Source: Acetobacterium tundrae (GTDB lineage Bacteria; Bacillota; Clostridia; Eubacteriales; Eubacteriaceae). From it: a stretch of 24,000 nucleotides of DNA. The notes under the pieces are model-generated. The model was not told the DNA's origin, searched no databases, and saw nothing but the letters and a program-made list of their open reading frames with translations. The stretch lies in assembly GCF_008086615.1 (NCBI RefSeq), contig NZ_RXYB01000012.1, positions 30,075-54,074 on the forward strand, written 5' to 3'. The translations under genes and the position numbers were made by a program. Shown one piece after another: positions 7,546 to 16,765 of the stretch. How positions within the stretch are numbered: position 1 is the first letter of the stretch; every line of letters begins with the position of its first letter.

Positions 7546-7923
7546 GTGAAGCACATGACTATAGAAGGTTATAACATATCCATAACGGTAATCGATAACA
7601 ATTTCATTGTGGTACTTCCGGAAGAAATGAACAATGTGACTATCGGAAAAATAGAAAGTATGGTGACGGAGAAAGCCTACCAAAACGAAATTAATGGTGC
7701 CATCCTTAATTTTTCGATGGTTTCTGTCATGGACACTTATACCTATCGTGCTTTTGAACGTATAACTGATGTTTTTTCACTGATGGGGATTCATACTGTA
7801 TGGGTCGGTTTGCGCCCAGGGGTTGTTTCAGGACTGATGGATTTAGATATTGCCGTCAATTTGAAAATAAAAATGGCGTTGAATCTTGAACTTGGTTTAG
7901 TATTGATTGATCGTGACAGATAA
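7546..7923 (+). CDS. rsbS: RsbS-like single-domain STAS protein
   Basis: 125 aa. ...NGAILNFSMVSVMDTYTYRAFERITDVFSLMGIHTVWVGLRPGVV... aligns by eye with B. subtilis RsbS, with Thr at the Ser59 position. The start is uncertain (GTG 7546 or ATG 7555). Confidence 0.8.
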   Translation: MKHMTIEGYNISITVIDNNFIVVLPEEMNNVTIGKIESMVTEKAYQNEINGAILNFSMVSVMDTYTYRAFERITDVFSLMGIHTVWVGLRPGVVSGLMDLDIAVNLKIKMALNLELGLVLIDRDR

Positions 7924-8396
7924 TGAACCGAAGTAATGATCCGTTTGAAATAGAAGCCGATGCAAAGAATAAGATCATCGAAACAAAAAAATTAGACCTG
8001 ATTTTGAGTCACGATAATGAGAACGTTGTGTTTTCAGTTCGTCAAATTGCAAACAAAGCAGGATTCAGTTTGATTGATGAAGTCCTGATCGCTGTGGCAG
8101 CATCTGAGTTAGCCACGAATATTCTGCGTTATGCTGGAAAGGGATCGATCAAAATAAATATTATCTGCGATGTCGTCAGCGGAATTACTGGCATTGAGCT
8201 TCTGGCAAATGATGCTGGACCGGGAATTAAAGACATTGAACTGGCTCTGCAGGAAAATTACAGCACACAGGTCAACAGTTTGGGGCAGGGTCTCCCCAGT
8301 GTAATTAAAATTATGGATGAATTCCATATCAAATCTGAATCGGGAAAAGGAACTCGTATTCTCACCCGAAAATGGCTAAAAAACGAAGAAAATTAA
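7923..8396 (+). CDS. rsbT: RsbT-like GHKL serine/threonine kinase (switch protein)
   Basis: The start overlaps the rsbS stop (TAATG). N-box ELATNILRYA, G1 NDAGPGI, G2 GQGLPSV, 157 aa. Confidence 0.85.
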   Translation: MNRSNDPFEIEADAKNKIIETKKLDLILSHDNENVVFSVRQIANKAGFSLIDEVLIAVAASELATNILRYAGKGSIKINIICDVVSGITGIELLANDAGPGIKDIELALQENYSTQVNSLGQGLPSVIKIMDEFHIKSESGKGTRILTRKWLKNEEN

Positions 8397-8532
8397 GTGC
8401 ATAATTGAAATGGAAACATCGCTGAGGATGCCGATATAATTGCAGAAGGTATTCTTTATTAACCGAAAAAAATAATATGCTCCCTCTATTCAGATGGAAT
8501 AGATAATATATGGACAAAATGGAGGTTGTGTA

Positions 8533-11289
8533 ATGATTGAACTGGGCCAAATTAAAGTTGACTCCAATAATTCCATGATTGAGGCTAGAAAAAAAGCACG
8601 CTCAATTGCTTTGAAACTGGGCTGTTCAGAAGTGACTGCCACTCGGATTGAAGCGGCAGTGTCAGAAACAATCAGACAGCTTCTTGACAGTATGATGACG
8701 ATTGATTTTGCCGTTTCAGTTAAAGAATCTGTTGGGGAAATTCCAATCAGAAATGGTATCAATATCATTTTTGACAATTTTGATTATCCGCTCAATCCGG
8801 ATTTTAAAGCGCAGCATTTTGAAAATTTTGTTTCTTCTGAAACGGTAAATGGAAAATATACATTCACAATCTTTTTACCTTTTATCACGATCGATCCGGA
8901 TTTTAGCTATTCTCTGGTCGAAGAATTGAAGAGCGAAATTGAATCGCCTTCCAAAGAGGAACTGCTAAAAGAAATTGAGTGCAAAAACATCGAGCTCGCA
9001 AATAGCAGGCAGTTTATGGAATCGGTGCTGGAAAATCTACAGGCTGCCGTTTATGCAAAAGATTTAAATGGCAACTACACCTATATCAACCGGCACTGGG
9101 AAGAAGCAACAGGTCACAAACGGGATGAATGTATTGGCCGAACCGCAAAAGAAGTTTTTTCGTCAGACGGAGAGGCGTATGACCAAAACGATCAGGATGT
9201 CATTAAGTTACAGGAAAACCAGGTAACCGAGGAATATTCCATAAAGGACAAGCAGAAACGGACCTACCAATCAACCAAGGTGCCAATGAAACAAAACGGA
9301 GATATTGTTGGGATATGCAGTATTTCCACGGATATCACGCAAAGAAAAAAAATGGAGGAGGAATTATTTGAAGCCAAAATTCTTGCTGAAGAAGCGGCGG
9401 AATCTAAATCTTATTTTCTGGCCAATATGAGTCATGAGATACGCACACCGATGAATGCCATATTGGGAATGAGCTATCTCATCCAGAAAACCGATCTGTC
9501 GATAAAACAGCAGGACTATGTTAATAAAATACAGCAGTCAGGACAGCACCTGCTGGGTATTATCAATGATATTTTGGACTTTTCAAAAATTGAAGCTGGC
9601 AAACTAAATATCGAATCCATTGATTTTAAACTCTATGAAGTGCTGGATAACCTCTCCAATTGCAACAGCGAGAAATGCCTTGCCAAAAATCTGGAGCTAG
9701 TGTTTGATGTTGATCCGGATGTACCTAATGAATTATGCGGTGATCCGCTGAGAATCGGACAAATCCTGATTAACTATGTAAACAATGCAATTAAATTTAC
9801 TGATCGGGGAAGAATTACGGTTAGAATTAGAAAAGATAAAGAATTTTCAGATGGATTTCAGCTTAAATTTGAAGTTCAGGATACCGGAATCGGTTTGAAA
9901 GAAGAGCAGCAGTCAAAACTCTTCCAATCATTTCAGCAGGCTGATATATCCACAACCCGGAAATATGGCGGAACAGGTCTTGGCCTTGCCATTTCCAGGA
10001 AATTGGCAACTTTAATGGGTGGTGAAGTTGGTGTGAAATCCGAATTTGGAAAAGGCAGCATTTTCTGGTTTACCACCCATTTTAATGTCACCGAAAAAGT
10101 TTTGAAATCCAATGTTCCCTATCCTAGCTCTGACAATCCCTGGGTTATGTATGAAACCGAACTTGGAATTCCTAAAAAAAGCTGTAAGCTTGAACCGGAA
10201 AAAAGAAGTCTGGATTCTGTCACGGGTCAAAAGAATCTGCAGGACCTTTGCAATGCGAAAATTCTGCTGGTGGAAGATAATGAACTCAATCAGGAAGTTG
10301 CCGTTGAAATCCTCAGGGATGTGGGATTACAGGTTGATATAGCCGCCAATGGCGAAATTGCAGTTGCAATGGTTGATCAAAAAAAATATGATCTGGTGCT
10401 GATGGATATGCAGATGCCAGTTTTAGATGGGCTTGAAGCCACAAGACAAATCCGTTCCAACAATCGGTTCAGGAATCTGCCAATTGTAGCGATGACTGCC
10501 AATGCAATGGCCGGTGATCGGGAACAATGTCTTGCCGCCGGAATGAATGATCATTTACCGAAACCGATTGTACCTGGAGATCTTTTCAAAATGTTGGTTC
10601 GATGGATACCGTCATTCAATCATACTCCGTATTTATTTGAACGCCGTATCGATATTGTCCATGAGGATCCATTGGATCAGGAGGACATTAGAATAAGCGG
10701 GCTGGATATCGAACTGGGTCTTGGTCACGTCCTGGGAAAGAAAAAATCCTACAAGAATCTCCTACGAAAATTTGCTTCAGGTCAAAAAAACGTAATAGAT
10801 GATATTCGAAAATCAATCAATAATGGAGATTTTAACACGGCGGAACGGCTTGTACATACACTGAAGGGTGTTACTGCCAATATTGGAGCGATGGAAATAA
10901 ATAAAAATGCCGAAATCCTAGAAACAGCTATCAGAGAAGAACCTGCCAGTGAAGCATTAAAAACGTTAATTCAAAATATTGATCTGCCATTAAAAAATTT
11001 GATTACTGCTCTAAAAAAACAATTGCCTGAGAAAGAGAACGCCATTAAGGTTAACTTTTCCGTAACCTCAAACTTGGCCCTGATTTCTTTTCTGGAAGAA
11101 CTCATGCAGTATATTCGGGTCCGAAAGCCAAAAAGATGTTCAGAAGTAATTGAATCCCACTATGAAATTTGCTGGCCGGATGAACTCAAAGACGAAGCAT
11201 CTGATCTCTATCAATTTATTTCAAAATATCAATTTAAGGAAGCTGCTGAAAAGGTGGAGTCCTTATTAATCAGATTAAGTGAGGTTTGA
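8533..11289 (+). CDS. Hybrid sensor histidine kinase: novel N-domain, coiled coil, PAS, HisKA, HATPase_c, REC, HPt
   Basis: GGAGG lies 7 nt upstream. H-box [14 protein letters not shown]-box [11 protein letters not shown]1 DTGIGL, G2 [13 protein letters not shown] segment ILLVEDN...[13 protein letters not shown]...KP. HPt motif [12 protein letters not shown]. Confidence 0.9.
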   Translation: MIELGQIKVDSNNSMIEARKKARSIALKLGCSEVTATRIEAAVSETIRQLLDSMMTIDFAVSVKESVGEIPIRNGINIIFDNFDYPLNPDFKAQHFENFVSSETVNGKYTFTIFLPFITIDPDFSYSLVEELKSEIESPSKEELLKEIECKNIELANSRQFMESVLENLQAAVYAKDLNGNYTYINRHWEEATGHKRDECIGRTAKEVFSSDGEAYDQNDQDVIKLQENQVTEEYSIKDKQKRTYQSTKVPMKQNGDIVGICSISTDITQRKKMEEELFEAKILAEEAAESKSYFLANMSHEIRTPMNAILGMSYLIQKTDLSIKQQDYVNKIQQSGQHLLGIINDILDFSKIEAGKLNIESIDFKLYEVLDNLSNCNSEKCLAKNLELVFDVDPDVPNELCGDPLRIGQILINYVNNAIKFTDRGRITVRIRKDKEFSDGFQLKFEVQDTGIGLKEEQQSKLFQSFQQADISTTRKYGGTGLGLAISRKLATLMGGEVGVKSEFGKGSIFWFTTHFNVTEKVLKSNVPYPSSDNPWVMYETELGIPKKSCKLEPEKRSLDSVTGQKNLQDLCNAKILLVEDNELNQEVAVEILRDVGLQVDIAANGEIAVAMVDQKKYDLVLMDMQMPVLDGLEATRQIRSNNRFRNLPIVAMTANAMAGDREQCLAAGMNDHLPKPIVPGDLFKMLVRWIPSFNHTPYLFERRIDIVHEDPLDQEDIRISGLDIELGLGHVLGKKKSYKNLLRKFASGQKNVIDDIRKSINNGDFNTAERLVHTLKGVTANIGAMEINKNAEILETAIREEPASEALKTLIQNIDLPLKNLITALKKQLPEKENAIKVNFSVTSNLALISFLEELMQYIRVRKPKRCSEVIESHYEICWPDELKDEASDLYQFISKYQFKEAAEKVESLLIRLSEV

Positions 11290-11291
11290 TT

Positions 11292-12407
11292 ATGAAAGTA
11301 TTATCGGAATGTACTGTTTTAATTGTGGATGATACGGAAATCAATATCGATATTCTGGTCGAAGCTCTGGGTGATGATTATGAACTGTCTGTGGCCATGG
11401 ATGGGGAATCCACTCTCGAAATTGTAAAAATGGAACGGCCGGATTTAATTTTGCTGGATATCATGATGCCGGGAATGAGCGGATATGAGGTGTGTAAAAA
11501 ACTTAAAACAAATGCTGCAACATCCGATATACCGATCATTTTCTTGACTGCCATGACAGATATCGAAAGCAAAAGAAGAGGATTTGAAGCAGGTGCAGTC
11601 GATTACATCACCAAACCGTTTGAAATACTCGAGGTGAAGGCGCGTGTACAGACCCATCTGTTCATCACGATGGCAAGGAATGAACTGGCCATGCAGAACG
11701 AGATCCTTGAAAAACGGGTTGCTGAACGAACCAGGGAATTATGTCTGACTCAGGAAATTACCATAGAAGCCCTAGCTTCGCTTGCTGAGTATCGGGATCC
11801 TGATACAGGCGGGCACATCGAGCGTACTAAGAATTATGTGCGAATTCTTGCCGAAAAGTTGAGTACCTATGAAAAATATAAAACGATTCTGAATGACGAA
11901 GTCATTCAGATTTTTTACAAATCGGCACCGCTTCATGATATCGGTAAAATTGGAATACGAGATGATATCCTCCTTAAGCCGGGAAAGCTGACACATGATG
12001 AATTTGAAGAGATGAAACGGCATACTGTTATCGGTTACGAGGCACTCCGCATTGCAGCGTTAAAACTAGGCGAAAATTCATTTCTTAAACATGCCATGGA
12101 ATTTGCAAAATACCATCAGGAAAAATGGGATGGTTCTGGTTATCCCGATGGTCTCTCAGGGTATGACATTCCCCTTGCCGGTAGAATCATGGCGATTGCG
12201 GATGTCTATGATGCGCTCATCAGTAAAAGAGTCTACAAACCGCCTTTTACACATAAAAAAGCAGTCGAAATTATCAAGGAAGGCAGAGACAGTCATTTTG
12301 AGCCATTAATGGTAGATGCATTTCAAGAAGTACAAGAATTGTTTCGGCAAATCGCGATTAAATATGCAGATTATCCTGAGGAATTAATAGCCTTGAATGA
12401 AAAATAG
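11292..12407 (+). CDS. Response regulator with HD-GYP domain (RpfG-type c-di-GMP phosphodiesterase)
   Basis: GAGG lies 7 nt before ATG 11292; TTG 11286 overlaps the HK stop. REC segment VLIVDD...LILLDIMMPGMSG...KP. HD-GYP motifs HDIGK and HQEKWDGSGYP. Confidence 0.9.
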   Translation: MKVLSECTVLIVDDTEINIDILVEALGDDYELSVAMDGESTLEIVKMERPDLILLDIMMPGMSGYEVCKKLKTNAATSDIPIIFLTAMTDIESKRRGFEAGAVDYITKPFEILEVKARVQTHLFITMARNELAMQNEILEKRVAERTRELCLTQEITIEALASLAEYRDPDTGGHIERTKNYVRILAEKLSTYEKYKTILNDEVIQIFYKSAPLHDIGKIGIRDDILLKPGKLTHDEFEEMKRHTVIGYEALRIAALKLGENSFLKHAMEFAKYHQEKWDGSGYPDGLSGYDIPLAGRIMAIADVYDALISKRVYKPPFTHKKAVEIIKEGRDSHFEPLMVDAFQEVQELFRQIAIKYADYPEELIALNEK

Positions 12408-12502
12408 TCTGTGAAAAACGATACTACGCGACCTTTAGCAAATTTTATAAGTATTTCATCCGTGCTGTACCCCGGAATTTCTCTATAAACACTAAACAGG
12501 GA

Positions 12503-12541
12503 TGGCAACATATAATATTATATGTTGCCAATTTTTGTGTT
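12503..12541 (+). terminator. Rho-independent terminator of the signalling operon
   Basis: Perfect 28-bp palindrome TGGCAACATATAAT|ATTATATGTTGCCA at 12503-12530, followed by ATTTTTGTGTTT. Absent from copy 1. Confidence 0.8.
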
Positions 12542-12587
12542 TGTAATAGAAAATATATTTATTTGAGATCAAAATATATGCATAAAG

Positions 12588-12616
12588 ATGTAAAAATGAT
12601 CGCAATGTAGTATAAT
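12588..12616 (+). promoter_or_regulatory. Candidate sigma-A promoter (copy 2)
   Basis: -10 TATAAT at 12611-12616, -35 ATGTAA at 12588-12593, 17-nt spacer. Conserved with 1266-1294. Confidence 0.5.
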
Positions 12617-12857
12617 AAAAATCAAGCGAAACGGGTAGTCATCAAGGATGCTTCGTTGGTCATATTATCAGTCAGTAGTTGAGGACGGGTAGTCAAAAGT
12701 CTCTCCGTTTCATTTTTATAACCAAATGAAGCGTGAGCGAACTATTAAAAATCAAGAAGAGAGCTGTATCTTGAATAATGGTTGCTTATTCAGGGACTGA
12801 CAGACCAGACCAGACCAGGCTCAATTTATATGATGCAGAGACTTTCAGAAAAAAAGG
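12617..12857 (+). promoter_or_regulatory. Conserved 5' leader, unclassified (copy 2), now directly upstream of the SGNH hydrolase gene
   Basis: Predicted stem 12625-12633/12649-12657. Exact 11-nt direct repeat ACGGGTAGTCA at 12631-12641 and 12685-12695. AGTCA/GGTCA motifs at 12637, 12658, 12670 and 12691. Confidence 0.4.
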
Positions 12858-12865
12858 AGATAATT

Positions 12866-13438
12866 TTGAAAATTGTTTGTTTTGGCGACAGTTTGACTTT
12901 TGGATATAATGTAGCCCACAAAGAAAAATGGCATGTGATTGTAGAAAAGAAGACCGGGATCCAAATGCAAAACAGCGGAATTAACGGGGATACCACTGAT
13001 GGGATGCTTGCCCGTATCCAACAACAGGTGTTTGCGGCAAAACCCGATGGGGTTATCCTGATGGGCGGTTATAACGATATTTTCTTCAACCATTCCTGGC
13101 AGAGTGCCGCCCAAAACATGAAAATCATGGTTGAGCGGTGCCGAGGACAAAACCTGCTGGTAGTTGTGGCGATTCCGCCTCCGATTCTGCTGCCGGTGGC
13201 ATTCAAAGACGGTGGCGAAGCCATCGATTTTAAAAAATCTGCGGTGATGGTCGAAGCGTATTGCCAGTGGCTAAGGGATTTTACCGCAACTGCGCAATTA
13301 CCTATCTTGGATTTCCGAAGCGCCATCGACTGGACTGATCAAGATCTGTATCTCGACGGGATTCATCAAAGCCCGGCCGGCCATCAACGGATGGCTGGCC
13401 GACTGATTGAGTTTATGGGAAAACAGTCTTGGTTATGA
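12866..13438 (+). CDS. SGNH/GDSL-family hydrolase
   Basis: AAAGGAG lies 7 nt before TTG 12866; the ORF-track start at 12782 is unlikely. Blocks I GDSLTFG, II SGINGDTT, III GGYND and V DGIHQ. Confidence 0.8.
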   Translation: MKIVCFGDSLTFGYNVAHKEKWHVIVEKKTGIQMQNSGINGDTTDGMLARIQQQVFAAKPDGVILMGGYNDIFFNHSWQSAAQNMKIMVERCRGQNLLVVVAIPPPILLPVAFKDGGEAIDFKKSAVMVEAYCQWLRDFTATAQLPILDFRSAIDWTDQDLYLDGIHQSPAGHQRMAGRLIEFMGKQSWL

Positions 13439-13748
13439 ATATTTTACTAAATCATTTAATTCTTTAGCTTTTTTTGCTGCATCCATCTTTGCGTAAACAT
13501 AAAAAGCAATCGTGTGTAATGTGATTGATAGAATCACCATGCCTGGAATCCATGGTGCAATTAAATAAAACATTTCTGGAGAAAATAGCCAAACGGCTGT
13601 TAAGCCTCCCACAATATTCAAAATTGAAGAAATTAGAATATTGGTGATTGGTTTTTAATGTAAGGTAGTTCCACAAACCGCTGTAAATCACACCAAATAA
13701 AAATGCGAAAATAGCGGAAATTCCAATTAAGTTCCAACGATAACTCAA
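13433..13748 (-). pseudogene. Small 3-TM membrane protein split by a 1-nt frameshift in an A5 run
   Basis: The two overlapping minus-strand ORFs join if one A is removed from the run at 13652-13656. This gives ...GVIYSGLWNYLTLK|PITNILISSILNIVGGLTAVWLF... (~105 aa). Confidence 0.45.
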
Positions 13749-13773
13749 GGCAAGGGTTTGTCCGGAGGTGAAT

Positions 13774-14235
13774 ATGTCAACAAAAGTAAAAATTAAGATT
13801 CAGGATGATACGTTATTAAGAGAAATAATTGATACTGTATATGAAGAGTCCGATCAAATTATTTTAGCACGCTGGTCATTGGAGATGGCAAAACATATTT
13901 TAGAGCTGGTGAATATATCTTATGAAAATAACGATATTATTTTAGGTGGTTTTGATACAAATGTACGGTGGCAGAATGGGAAAGCCAGAATGCATGATGT
14001 GCGTCAGGCGGGTTTTAGAATTCACCAACTGGCAAGAAACAGTATGAATGAAATTGAAAAAACTGCATTGAGAGTTGTAGGACAGGCTGTCGGAAGCGGT
14101 CATATGCGAGAGCATGCAATGGTAGCAAGTGATTATTCTGTAAAAGTAATAAACCTTATCAAATCAGATTCTATGGAAGCTGTTTCAAAAGAAAGACAGT
14201 GGCAATTGAATAAACTGATGGAATGTAAAGGATGA
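13774..14235 (+). CDS. Hypothetical protein, possibly Imm5-like putative immunity protein family
   Basis: GGAGG lies 5 nt before ATG 13774. The helical pattern ARWSLEMAKHILELV...VRWQNGKARMHDVRQAGFRIHQLAR...GQAVGSGHMREHAMVASDYSVKVI resembles that family from memory. Confidence 0.6.
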   Translation: MSTKVKIKIQDDTLLREIIDTVYEESDQIILARWSLEMAKHILELVNISYENNDIILGGFDTNVRWQNGKARMHDVRQAGFRIHQLARNSMNEIEKTALRVVGQAVGSGHMREHAMVASDYSVKVINLIKSDSMEAVSKERQWQLNKLMECKG

Positions 14236-14367
14236 TCTCAACGATTCCAGCATGAGTAAACTCTTTCAATGGATAATGATCAGTGGGACTGTAAAAGATA
14301 AATAACAGAAATTGTTTTTACTGATTTGTGAGGAAGATTAAAATTTTATAGAAAAAAGAAAGGTCAA

Positions 14368-14457
14368 ATGATGAAAAAAGTATATCTTTATTTATTTGAT
14401 ACCATGGCGGATTGGGAATCTGATTACCGCGATCGGAGTAGCTCCGATGGAATTTAA
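14368..14457 (+). pseudogene. 29-codon stub resembling the N-terminus of a DJ-1/PfpI (class I glutamine amidotransferase-like) protein
   Basis: MMKKVYLYLFDTMADWESDY... is followed by a premature stop. Recognised by motif only. Confidence 0.3.
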
Positions 14458-14636
14458 CGTACACATGCTAACGGTTTTAGTTGTGTTTTCGTCGCAAACT
14501 CGGTAATCTAGAAATCTGTAGTCTGTAGAAAGGGAAAACCATCAGATACTGCCCGGCCACAAACAGATATTTGAAAACAATCTACAATATGGAGACTTAA
14601 GCAAAAAAAAGATTATAAAAGTGAGGAGAAGTGATA

Positions 14637-15263
14637 ATGAAAGAAAATGAATTAAAACTTTATACACAGCTCATGAAAACGAGGTTTATGGAAGATTCTG
14701 GGGTGATATTTCAAATCAACGGTTTGGAACGTGCCGGATTGCTTGTTGATTTGCAGTTTGAGGGACAGATTCAAGCATTTGATCGACAAAATGCAGTAAA
14801 GGTGCTAAATGGCGGCAAAGGATTATTGATTGGTTATTCAACCGAAGAATTACCTGAAGAAAAGCTGTTTAAAATATTTCAGCAATCGTCTCAGAAATTG
14901 TTGGAAACTGCCAAAGAAGATGAGCTTTTGTGGCTTCAAAATAAGGCCATTCAGGAAGCTGAAATTATTCCTCAAAATTGGCATCTGAAATATTACGATA
15001 GGGATGTCTATCATCTGTTGACCATCGCAATTGACAAGTCTCTGCAAGGGACCGGCGCTTTCAGAGAATTAATCATGCCTGTCATTCAGGCGTGTGATAA
15101 TAAAAAGCTACCTATTGTATTGGAAACCTTCAATCCTGAGAATGTTCCGCTCTACGAGCACTTCGGATTTAAACTAATGGAATCACATTCTTCTGAAGTG
15201 ATTAATTTAACCTGCTTTTGCATGATGCGATGGAGACAGGAAGATAACACAATAAGTGATTGA
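14637..15263 (+). CDS. GNAT-family N-acetyltransferase
   Basis: GAGGAG lies 8 nt before ATG 14637. Acetyl-CoA motif A LTIAIDKSLQGTGAFRELI, and C-terminal NVPLYEHFGFKL. Confidence 0.75.
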   Translation: MKENELKLYTQLMKTRFMEDSGVIFQINGLERAGLLVDLQFEGQIQAFDRQNAVKVLNGGKGLLIGYSTEELPEEKLFKIFQQSSQKLLETAKEDELLWLQNKAIQEAEIIPQNWHLKYYDRDVYHLLTIAIDKSLQGTGAFRELIMPVIQACDNKKLPIVLETFNPENVPLYEHFGFKLMESHSSEVINLTCFCMMRWRQEDNTISD

Positions 15264-15342
15264 ATCGATATTTACGGCAGAAAAGTCTGAGTAAAAGCAG
15301 AAAAACCGGATGTGTTTTATTCATCATAATAGGGGTAAAAAT

Positions 15343-15987
15343 ATGCAAATAATAAAAAATGTTTATCAACTTGAATGTTCTAAGCATGGTCATGTATTTT
15401 TGATTAAATCTGATGAAAGTATTTTGATTGACACCGGCATGCCAGGGCTGACAAAAAAGATTATTTCGGAAATTGAGAGTCTTGATGTGCCAATTCAAAC
15501 GATTAAAAAAATTCTTTTGACACACCATGATGTGGATCACATCGGTAATGCTAAAAAATTACAGGAGGTTACTCAAGCTGAGCTTTGGGCTTCTAAAGAG
15601 GATATTCCATATATTGTCGGTGCCCAAAATCGTCCGGGAATCAAGCGAATCATTCAAGTTGTTGTTCAGCCTCAAAAGCCTGCTGTTTTTGATTATTATA
15701 AAGAAAATCAACATTTTGGAGAAATTAAAGTAATTCATGCGCCGGGACATACTCCTGGCCATTCTATTTTCCAATATCGGAATGTACTGTTTACTGGTGA
15801 TTTATTTGAGGTGTTAAATGGGAATTTTCGACTTTTACCACAATTTATGAACTGGAATCACGAAGAAGTAAAAAAATCCATAGCACTTATAAAAGATTTG
15901 AAGTTCGATTGGATTTGTCCCTCTCATGGAGAGCCGATTCAAAGAGGAATCGTGTTTGAGGAATTCCTAAAAGTAATAAAATATTAG
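15343..15987 (+). CDS. MBL-fold metallo-hydrolase
   Basis: ATG 15343 follows AGGGG. Metal motif THHDVDHIGN (HxHxDH), plus HAPGHTPGH and PSHG. Confidence 0.85.
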   Translation: MQIIKNVYQLECSKHGHVFLIKSDESILIDTGMPGLTKKIISEIESLDVPIQTIKKILLTHHDVDHIGNAKKLQEVTQAELWASKEDIPYIVGAQNRPGIKRIIQVVVQPQKPAVFDYYKENQHFGEIKVIHAPGHTPGHSIFQYRNVLFTGDLFEVLNGNFRLLPQFMNWNHEEVKKSIALIKDLKFDWICPSHGEPIQRGIVFEEFLKVIKY

Positions 15988-16119
15988 GATCCTATGACTT
16001 AAAATAATACAATGATCATCAGCCCCTGACGGAAGAGAGTGTCTTTGCGAAAGCGATTGAATTTTAAACTGTCTGTGAATGAAATGCTAAGGCTTCAGTT
16101 AGAGAGAAAGAGAGATGAA

Positions 16120-16611
16120 ATGAAAAATAATTTGAATGCAAATAAATCCAGAGAAAAAATGTTTGCAATCTTTTATGCAGTATTGTTGTTTGCCATACCG
16201 ATTATTGTGATTACCATTTTGCCATGGGCAAAGCATATGGTGGAAATATATGGGTTAAAAGCACCAGTAGGTTTTGATGAAACATACTTATATGAGGATC
16301 TCATAAAGTATGTTTCATCCACTGTGACAGGCCTGATCGCTGGCTTTGGACTGATTTTTATAGGAATAAATGTTAAAAACTGTGCCAGCAGACTAGCTTT
16401 CTGGGGTTGCTTGGCAGGGCTTACTTATGTCCTTTTGGCGGGAATGAGTTATCTGATTTATTTTGATAGCGGTTTGGTGTTTTTGCAACCATTATTAGTT
16501 CTTGTAAGATATTCAGGGACGTTGGGTAGCTATACGATGGCTTTAATTGTCGGTATCTATTTACCATTGCTTTATCAAATCATCCGGCAGAGAAATAAAT
16601 GGAAATATTGA
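16120..16611 (+). CDS. Hypothetical multi-pass membrane protein
   Basis: Four or five hydrophobic helices. The start is uncertain: ATG 16120 after a purine-rich AAAGAGAG, or in-frame alternatives at GTG 16039 and ATG 16084. Confidence 0.6.
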   Translation: MKNNLNANKSREKMFAIFYAVLLFAIPIIVITILPWAKHMVEIYGLKAPVGFDETYLYEDLIKYVSSTVTGLIAGFGLIFIGINVKNCASRLAFWGCLAGLTYVLLAGMSYLIYFDSGLVFLQPLLVLVRYSGTLGSYTMALIVGIYLPLLYQIIRQRNKWKY

Positions 16612-16765
16612 TCTGACTGCTTTTAAATAATTTAACTTTATGGGGTAATAATATGAAAACAGTACAATATGCTTATCAACTTGATTTTTCCAGGCGCAAA
16701 TTGAAAACAACGATTGTACCAAAAAAATAGATAAGCAAATATGAACAAATATGAAAGGAAACATC

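Larger units (their letters stand above)
6499..13007 (+). repeat. Copy 2 of the segmental duplication (intact signalling operon; phosphatase gene deleted)
   Basis: Partner of 631-2608. Relative to copy 1 it lacks ~930 bp, leaving a scar near 12757/12758 where only the last codons ...LYLE* (TATCTTGAATAA) of the phosphatase gene remain. Confidence 0.85.

Noticed and set aside
12617-12760. The leader after the HD-GYP gene as a c-di-GMP riboswitch (GEMM-I or II)
   Set aside because: It is an attractive idea, but the hallmark conserved stretches as I recall them (GGCAAA, ACGCAAAGC, paired tetraloop/receptor hairpins) are absent. It also gave no match to T-box, ykkC, yybP, TPP, FMN, SAM, THF or cobalamin cores. 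It is kept only as an unclassified leader.
12806-12826. Pentanucleotide expansion (GACCA x3: GACCAGACCAGACCAGG) compared with the single copy at 2417-2425
   Set aside because: It is a real slippage difference between the two copies. However, it lies in a non-coding leader with no evident function and is too small to stand alone.
16653-16730. 25-codon ORF (MKTVQYAYQLDFSRRKLKTTIVPKK*) upstream of the serine acetyltransferase, as a possible leader peptide
   Set aside because: It has no run of Ser/Cys/Met regulatory codons and no alternative terminator/antiterminator structures downstream. It cannot be distinguished from chance in AT-rich DNA.
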